A stretch of 64,000 nt of DNA from Octopus vulgaris. Taxonomy: Eukaryota. Of this stretch, positions 56,015 through 64,000 are shown one piece after another (the first letter of the stretch is position 1; every line of letters begins with the position of its first letter). Made by a program: the position numbers and the translations under genes. The stretch lies in contig OX597814.1 in NCBI GenBank assembly GCA_951406725.2, positions 177,878,001 through 177,942,000 on the forward strand. Direction: 5' to 3'. The notes under the pieces were generated by a model. The model searched no databases, was not told the origin of the DNA, and worked only from the letters and a program-made list of their open reading frames with translations.

Positions 56015-56452
56015 GGTATTGATTTCAAATTTTTGCCACAAGGGATGCTTGGCGAGAGGATTAAGTCAATTTCATCGACCCCAGTGCGTAATTGGTACAT
56101 ATTTAATCGAGCCCGAAAGGATGAAAGGCAAAGTCGACCTCGGCGGAATTTGAACTCAAAACGTAGTAGTAGACGAAAAATTGCTAAGCATTTCGCCCGG
56201 CGTGCTAACCATTCTGTCAACTTGCCACCTTCATAATGATAATAATAGCAACAAAAGCAACAACACCACCACAACCAACAACAATAATAATAATAATAGT
56301 AATAATAAGGATTTTAAATTTTGGCTCAAGGTCAGCAATTTGAAGGCGGCAAAGTCAACGTCGGCGGAATTTTAACTCAGAACGTAGCGTCAGACGAGAT
56401 ACCACTAAGCATTGCGCTCGACATTCTAACGACTCCAGCAGCTTGCCGACTT
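56015..56452 (-). mobile_element. Two degenerate SINE family B-like copies in AAT-rich sequence
   Basis: ggcaaagtcgacctcggcggaatttgaactc at ~56127 and a diverged version at ~56348. Confidence 0.7.
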
Positions 56453-56469
56453 AATAATAATAATCCATC

Positions 56470-56680
56470 TAATAAAAATCAAGGTCTGAAATTCTACTAT
56501 TGCAAAAATTGGCATTACTTGGAACTACAAGGATATTGCGTAAAGTACTGTTTGCTGAGGTCCTTGTCGTGACTTGACAAACAATACTAACCTCGGTAGA
56601 CACAATACCTCCAATCAGCAATATCACCATATTGGATACTTTGCGACGCCTTAAATAATGATCTCCTAATATAATAATGA
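56470..56680 (+). mobile_element. R4/Dong-like extreme 3' fragment
   Basis: LLQKLALLGTTRILRKVL, the same C-terminal motif as the 3.5-6.2 kb fragments; flanked by AAT repeats. Confidence 0.65.
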
Positions 56681-56687
56681 GCGTAGT

Positions 56688-56744
<57 letters not shown>

Positions 56745-56747
<3 letters not shown>

Positions 56748-56961
56748 AACACATAAATGTGAAACAAGGTGGAAAAAAGAGTACTCAAATACCAGTGGTA
56801 GAGTAATATGCTTTATTTTAAGCAGCGGGAAATTCAACAAAATCTGTTACTCTGAGTTTCTCGTTGCCGTTCATCAGACAGTTAAAACTGTCTGATGAAC
56901 GGCAACGAGAAACTCAGAGTAACAGATTTTGTTGAATTTTCTGCTGCTTAAAATAAAGTAT
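56745..56961. mobile_element. ~150-bp near-perfect palindrome (56811-56958) plus tail, with a type-I hammerhead in each arm, inserted in (TA)n
   Basis: Plus strand 56888-56925: ctgt CTGATGA a-cg-gcaa-cg-a GAAA ctc-a-gag TA acag; mirrored on the minus strand. Confidence 0.78.
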
Positions 56962-57609
56962 ATATATATATATATATATTTTGTCCAAAATCACGCAGGA
57001 GGGAGTGGGATAAAGAGTAGTATAAGTGAAGTGAGCGGAGAGAAGATTGTAATTCAGTGAAGGAGAAGTAGTGAGAGTTATAGTCATGACTGAGAGCGAG
57101 TAGGAGAATGTTTTAGCAATGAGAGAGAGTGGAAGTGGCAAAGAGAACGTTGTGTACCTTATCTTCTACTATAATAATACTCATGTGTATTTCTCCGTCG
57201 CAAAATATGAATAAGGAAGGAAGGAAGGGGTGATGATAAATTTGGTAGTGGTATGATGGAAGTCTTACGGTGAAAATAATCAAACAGCTTTTCAACTCTG
57301 CGTGATTATATGTATATGTATGTAAAAGGGAGTCATGGGAATGTTTGTGTATGTATGTGAGTGTGTGTGTATGTATGTATGTATATATGTGTGTATGTGT
57401 GTACGTGTACAAGGGAAGTATGTGAATGTATGTATCTGTGATCATCTGCCTTATTTATATATAAAATACTACAATTATCCATCATTTTTAACGACACGGG
57501 GACTGTTAGTAATAGTAGTAGTATTATAATGATGATGATAATAATAATAATAATAATAATAATACTACTACTACTACTACTAATAATAATAATAATAATA
57601 ATAATAATA

Positions 57610-58086
57610 CATGTCTTGATGCAGTACCAGACAGTGGCTCTCATGGCTTCTGATATGAACTGGATGGAATGTTCATTGTTTTGTCTTGGTACAAAAGATA
57701 GGTTACAGCAAATATACAACTGAATACCACAGATTTGCTTGTGAGTTGTTTGACCGTAACCAATTGAGCACATCCCTTAATAGCTGACGATATGTGTATC
57801 CCTGATCACGAACAGAAGTAGTGGAGAACCATCATAGCCAGGTGTTGAGAGGAATTGTTTGGGGATTAGATAATTCATCTCTGGGAACATGGGTGTTTCG
57901 ATCAACATCCTTAAACACACCTTATAAGGTCCAACCTCTAAGGTCATGTGCCGTTTATCTCGATATGACATCACCATGTCGCGCACATATGATTGTGATG
58001 CATGTGCCTGGTGTACCCTTATCAGACTGGGCTTCGTATATTTTACCCCAGTGTCACTTTGAAGACATGACTCTGCTCCTGCAGTC
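57610..58086 (+). repeat. ~480-bp insert flanked on both sides by (TAA)n; possibly a Dong-like 3' UTR
   Basis: More GC-rich block cleanly bounded by AAT repeats; family assignment inferred from context only. Confidence 0.45.
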
Positions 58087-58117
<31 letters not shown>

Positions 58118-58184
58118 GTAATATTAATAATGATGATGATAATAATAATAATAATAATGATAATAAAAACAACATCAACATCGA

Positions 58185-58332
58185 CTACAGTGTTAAACAG
58201 TACTTGTTTTATCCACCCCGAAACGATGAAAGACAAAATCTACCTCGGCGGAATTTGAACTCATTATGAGTGACGGGTGAAATACCGCAAATCATTTCAT
58301 CCAGCGTGCTAACGATTCTGTCAGTTCGCTGT
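58185..58332 (-). mobile_element. SINE family B-like, degenerate
   Basis: acctcggcggaatttgaactc...gtgctaacgattctgtcagttcgc. Confidence 0.7.
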
Positions 58333-59139
58333 TTTAGTAACAAATTAATAATAATAATAGTAATGATGATGATGATGCTGATGATGCTGATGATGATGAT
58401 GATGCTGATGACAACGATGATATTTGATTAAATGATACGGAAACTTTTATTTTGTCGATGACATCTAATAATTAGGAAATAGTGAATCAACAGTAGTTTA
58501 TCATCATGGGGACTTTTTAAATATGAAAACAATTGTGATTATATTTGACGTGCGAACATAAAGAAACAAACATTTGTGTATCGAGAAAATCTATTACTGC
58601 TTAATTATTTAATTGGTGTTAGTCATTGGACTCTGTCGTTCTGGAGAACTGCCATCTGGGATGAAGTCAATTAAGACATCTCCCGTAGTTTATGTTATGA
58701 AGCATGTAGATGATGAAACTCAAAATGAAAAACAATGTAATATGTAAACTTTGTATGCAAACAAACGTAACTAAAACCAATAAATGATTTTGTACGATGT
58801 TCTCAGCGTTCTGCCTTCTCAACACCACGCAGTTTCGTACCTTTATAAATCATATTCAACGCTGGTAATACTATTAACAAGGGGTGGCCCCTGGAAATAC
58901 CATCTTTTACATATTTGACGCACGAAAATGAAAGATTGTTGCAATACTTTCCTTATGTTTCATCCTGGTAAATATCTTAACCATGTCCTCAATTTAATCC
59001 CGTAGTAAAGACTGTTTACACCAGAATACACGAACTTTGTTAACAACCATAATATTAAAGATAATGTTGGCTGAGACTCGAATATATGTTAATGTCCCCC
59101 TTTAAGATGCCGTTGTCTTTGAGTACGTACTCTGTCTTT

Positions 59140-59492
59140 ACTGAGACCCCTTCCGGTCACGACATAGACCATGGGAGTGCACCTAGAAAGTTACCCGCCC
59201 TGGCACAATTCCGAGCAAGGTTGTTTATGGAAGACCAGCAGTCACTCATGCATACCGGCCTCCCCTCTCCATGCCTCCCCTCTCCGCGCCAGTGTTATCC
59301 AAGGGAAAGGCAAAGGCTGATACAGCTTGGCACCAGTGACGTCACAAATCATTTCTCCAGCTGAGTGAACTGGAGCAACGTAAAATAAAGTGTCTTGCTC
59401 AAGAACACAACACGCAGCCCAGTCCAGTATTCGAACTCGCAACCTCACGATCGTAAGCTCGACGCTGTAACCACTGAACCATGCGCCTTCAC
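59140..59492 (-). mobile_element. tRNA-derived SINE (family D)
   Basis: Minus-strand head gaaggcgcatggttcagtggtt...gagttcgaatac, then gttgtgttcttgagcaagacac. Confidence 0.78.
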
Positions 59493-60429
59493 TACTCTGT
59501 CTTTAATCCATCGATAATATTACGTAATTGACAGTAATATAAAGTACTAGTTAACAACTGCTACATAAGAGAAATACCCCCACAAAACACACATATAAAA
59601 AACGAAGTAAAACGTGTGGATTTATGCCTATACTTCATATGAACATCGGAAATATATACCTCCGTTCGGCTAGAAATTATTTCACTTCCTAGTGCTTAGT
59701 TATGAGGCAAACTGCTTATTTTACTTTCTGCGCAATCATGTTAACAAATCATACCCAGTAACTTCAATTGCCAAACAATATGTGTGTCACAGAATTTTCA
59801 CGAGAAAATATAAATGCAGTTTCTCATTGACTTTCTCCGGGTGCTACCTTTTAAACTTATCCGCTTGTCAGCTAGATACAGAAAAGTTTATCTTATTTGG
59901 TCATGTAATCAGAGAGTTAAAATCTGGAACCATTACGAAGAAACATTTTGTAGAACGGTTTAACAATTCTGCAAAACCACCACCATTAACTGTTGCTTCC
60001 TTTGATGTACTAGTCAACAGTAAGGTTGAACTCATGTTATAAGGTAATAGATGGAGTACCCCAAGGCATTTTGTACGACGCTCTAAATATGCCTTGAATT
60101 TATAGCACAAAGTAAAAATCAGTCACACCTTGATTTAAATATTTGATACAACTGCAGGTAACAAATAAGAATGAACAATAACTCATTTATAAAATACCCG
60201 GTCTTCGAATGATGTATTAGTGAAAAAGGACACGTACCTTTGCTAAATATAAATCTTCCTACTTCCTACGAATGATACCAAATATTTGAATACATTGTAT
60301 TCGATACTACAAGATAACTTTTTTCTCACCATGCCAATAACCAGTGTCTCGGTATTAAGTCTAAATTATGAAAAGTGAGGGAAACAAATACGCTAAGAAT
60401 GATAACATTCATCTTATTGAATATATATC

Positions 60430-60619
60430 TCTCCATGCGACCTTCAGTATTTGCTTGTGTAGAGTCAGATCTGTTTGACACTTGCTGGCATATATCATCC
60501 AGAAATATTATTTTCTCTTACAAGTTCATAGAAATCAATGTTATTGGAATTGACATTAGCAAAGTATTCGACAGCATCTGTAATTAGAACGTTCTACCTC
60601 TGTTATCCGCTTGCAAGCG

Positions 60620-60663
<44 letters not shown>

Positions 60664-61174
60664 AAGTACCACTTGAAAAGGAAAGTGAGAGTAGAGAGGC
60701 AAGTTTTGTCTAGCGAATGTTTTAAAAAAAGATGGGTGAATGTAGCAAGAATGGCACGTATGAATGACGAAGCCACCTTGAGCATAGTCCTATGAACCCA
60801 GAAATCGAAAACAGAGAGTTGCTTATTTGCAAAAAAAAAAAAAAAAGAAATATAAAATGTGACTTCATTGACCGAGGTTACCGTGGTCTTTTCCGTAGGC
60901 TTTTCTTTCCACGGGTAAACCTCACCTGTCCTCCCCTTTACATTTCATATTGACATTTCTGTGATAACGATCCCTATTGATCAATTTTTTTTCCTCTCCC
61001 CCTTTTTTTTTAACCCCCCTTTTTTTTGTCCTCTTTCTCTCCTTTTACGATCCCTTTTGATCGAAACTCCCCCTTCCTTTTTTTTTTTTTTTTTTTTTTA
61101 AACCTTCAAAAGAAAAGCTCTACCTTGTAATTTGTTCTATCTGTGTGCAGCCCTGTGTGGCTAATAAAGAAACA

Positions 61175-61212
<38 letters not shown>

Positions 61213-61275
61213 CACACATACCTATGTATCTATCGTTATTAGAACATTTCTGCCAGACCCCTTCATTTCGAAATG

Positions 61276-61310
<35 letters not shown>

Positions 61311-61359
61311 ATATATCTATCGTTATTAGACAATTTCTGTCAGACCCCTTCAATTCGAA

Positions 61360-61390
<31 letters not shown>

Positions 61391-61600
61391 AATCGTTATT
61401 AGGAAATTTCTGTCAGACCCCTTCATTTCGAAATGTACCGCCGGTTCTTTCTCTAAACCGCAGTTTGTCAATTTGAATGTGTCCCAATATTTAGTAGTGT
61501 CTCCTACACCACTCTTCCTATAAATTAACAACTTCCTTCCTGTTACTTCTAATAATACACACTCGTATCCAATTGAAGCTGATCATCATATTTGGTATTC
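60430..61600 (+). pseudogene. Ancient Jockey/CR1-like RT fossil interrupted by microsatellites and an insert
   Basis: RSV*HLLAYIIQK, VIGIDISKVFDSI (cf. LDISKAFD), IRKFLSDPFIS (cf. SFLSDRSI) and VNLNVSQYLVVSPTPLFL*INNF...HSYP (cf. GVPQGSVLSPTLFLLFIND...HSYADD), in the correct order. Confidence 0.68.
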
Positions 61601-63249
61601 TTCCCATACCAATGTATCACCGACATGCAACGAACTCATCTCACGCCAAGTATTTCTGACTAACATAATGCTTGATTTAATATCTTGTAAATAACTGTCG
61701 AGGAGTATGAGAATTTATTCGCTTTCAATAAAACAAAGGCACATTCATAACTCGTATCAAAGAAACAGTTCTGTTCTTCATCCTCTCTTATTATAAACAA
61801 CAAATGATTAAATTTCTTACACTAAATATACAAATATTGAATGTTCCTCAAAAGGAGCTGTAGATTACAGAGTCACAATGATTTACTCACTTGCTTATTT
61901 GGGTATCTTACAAATGTTCTTCCCATCTCTTTCTCCTCTATCGCTAATACATCTTTGATTGAATTATGAGAGTAGTTTTCCAGACATATTCACCCAATTT
62001 TAACTCTCCAGACTGCAACCCTATGGTATTTTCTAAACCTCTTTATCTTCCATGTAGATATCGATTCATAAATAATTGAAGTTATCATCCAATGTATTAA
62101 TTTCACCAGTGTATCAGAACTTTCGAAGATGATTAGCACATCCACGCGGTTCACTCATTTATTATAAAAATATAATAAGAATTTGATGGCTATTCGATTT
62201 TAGATATTGTCATAAAATCCTAAAGTAATTGTCCCATTTCAAAACATTTATGTACTGACCTTATTCATATAGCAACAAATAAAACTGTGATCGGTGGCGT
62301 CCTGGTAACAGCCTTCCAGTTTCTTCCAGATGTCCAATGTGCTTTTTAAATAGCTTTTTTTTTTACATCTAATGTCTCTACCTACTCGGAATTTGTTATG
62401 GTTACACCTTCGTGGGAAATGTTATACAAAAGTACAATAACAAAAACGCATCTTATAATTTACTTCGAGCTGGAATGACAGTACCAATTGCTGTTTATCA
62501 ATGAACCCTTAGAATTTTCTCTTAACGTTAGACCGAGAGTATTAATATGTATAATGCAGGAACGTGCAACAGTATCAGCTCTACAAATAATAACCAAAAT
62601 CTATGCTATAATGTGAAAGTCAGCAACGAATTTCAAGTCTTTCGCTCCGTTCATTACAATTAGAATAACGCTATCGGTGGTGCTTGTTTCTTTGAATGAT
62701 ACAAATAGTTAAGTCATGAAAAAGTAAGGAAAATCAACGCTGCCAGTGTTTAGCTGTCATTAGGTTTTTTTATTATAATCTGGCTTAACGAAAACTTTAC
62801 TAATTATATTATAGCTAGAGTTATTATCAAATGCAGATCTAGGAATTCAATGATGCAGCAGCTCTATGATAGCTTCCAGTAGATGAAATAGCAACGTAAT
62901 CTACTGCACGCTAACGACTTAGTAAAAAAGATGCACTGATTGATACAGTCAAGAATGTATTGTTCCTGAAAACAAAATGGGCTGGTCATTAATCATTGCT
63001 GGAATGTCTTTTCCTATAGATTCGCCTAATTAAATTCGACATAAGTTTAAGCAATGAAAGCAACATCTGTACAAGCCAAAGAATATATACATATAAATAT
63101 TAACACTTACCAATCTGGACATAAATATAAATTTCTTGAATTACACTTACCTACAAAAGATACAAAAATGAAAAAATGTTAGAATATTATAAATATCCAA
63201 GGCCAAATATATATTAAAAACAAAAAACAAAAAACAGAACAACTATGAG

Positions 63250-63780
63250 AGTAGGGATTAACGCTGATAATGCTCGAGTGATGGTAGAAAGTTTTCGATA
63301 ATATCTTAGTAATGGAGAGGATTTGCCCGGTACCACGATACTGGAACAGGCAAGTAGTTTTACAAAGAACTTCAGTTGAAACATGTGTGTAGTTGAAGAG
63401 AAGGAAGTCTTGAAAACGTCAAGAAGCATCATAGAATGTTTCATGAATTAAAATAGATGGGGATAAGCAGTCTGAAAGTCACGCTATAGATGCAAATTAA
63501 TTCAAAATATGTTGAATTTGATTCGCAAAACTTATAGTCGCTGAAGGCCTCAGTAAAGAGCAGTATATAATGTTGACGAAATTGCATTGATTTGGTGATG
63601 CACGCTTAAGAAAACCATTAAGAACAGAAGACAAATAAAGCTTTCAGGGTGTCGGGGAGATAGTTACCATCTTAAATGCAACAGGTACACACGTATGTAA
63701 GTCCTTGGTAATAGGAAAAAAGTACATGTCCAAGTCTTCTTGAAAGATGTTAAAGCTTATTCATTAAAGCTTATTCATTT
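63250..63780 (+). pseudogene. Degenerate pogo/Tigger (CENP-B-like) transposase remnant
   Basis: NGEDLPGTTILEQASSF (HTH), YNVDEIALIW*CTLKKT (cf. YNADETGLFW) at 63566 and NATGTHVCKSLVIGK (cf. NATGTHKLKLLVIGK) at ~63675. Confidence 0.78.
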
Positions 63781-64000
63781 GGTAAAAAATTAAAATCGTT
63801 TGACTAAAATTAGTATTATTCTAGAACGATTTTTAAATGTTTTTGTGTTAGAAAGTCGAGTACACTGCACCCCCCGTAGGGCTACCAGCATGATGCAAAA
63901 TTCTTATTTTGCACACGTATATAGATATGTTAATGTAATGCACAACTACCTGTGTTTCATTTATTGAATTACATTTCATAATACGTATCTTTTCAATTTA

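Noticed and set aside
61231-61437. CRISPR-like repeat-spacer pattern
   Set aside because: Eukaryotic context, the spacers are ATCT microsatellite, and there are no cas genes.

Overview
AT-rich, repeat-saturated animal genomic DNA, probably octopus/cephalopod (inferred from the SINE families and microsatellite load). I see no recognisable host gene, and nearly all ORFs in the track are microsatellite read-throughs. The main content is: (1) a young CR1-group LINE (41768-45157, minus) with an intact 1005-aa APE+RT ORF2 and the CCCH-finger end of ORF1, plus a near-identical 3' fragment at 14246-15100, both inside (TA)n; (2) an ~11.2/11.8 kb near-identical tandem duplication across a 100-N gap, probably two haplotypes, differing by a ~600 bp Helitron + palindrome insertion; (3) fossils of R4/Dong-like, RTE, Penelope-like, Jockey/CR1-like and Tigger/pogo elements, non-autonomous Helitrons and many tRNA-derived SINEs. 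The most notable signal is a set of short, mostly TA-embedded elements carrying minimal type-I hammerhead ribozyme folds. Several are palindromes with the ribozyme on both strands (27668-27797, 56811-56958); related folds lie at ~12.0, 15.3, 21.5 and 53.8 kb. Ribozyme folds were read by eye and none was tested.
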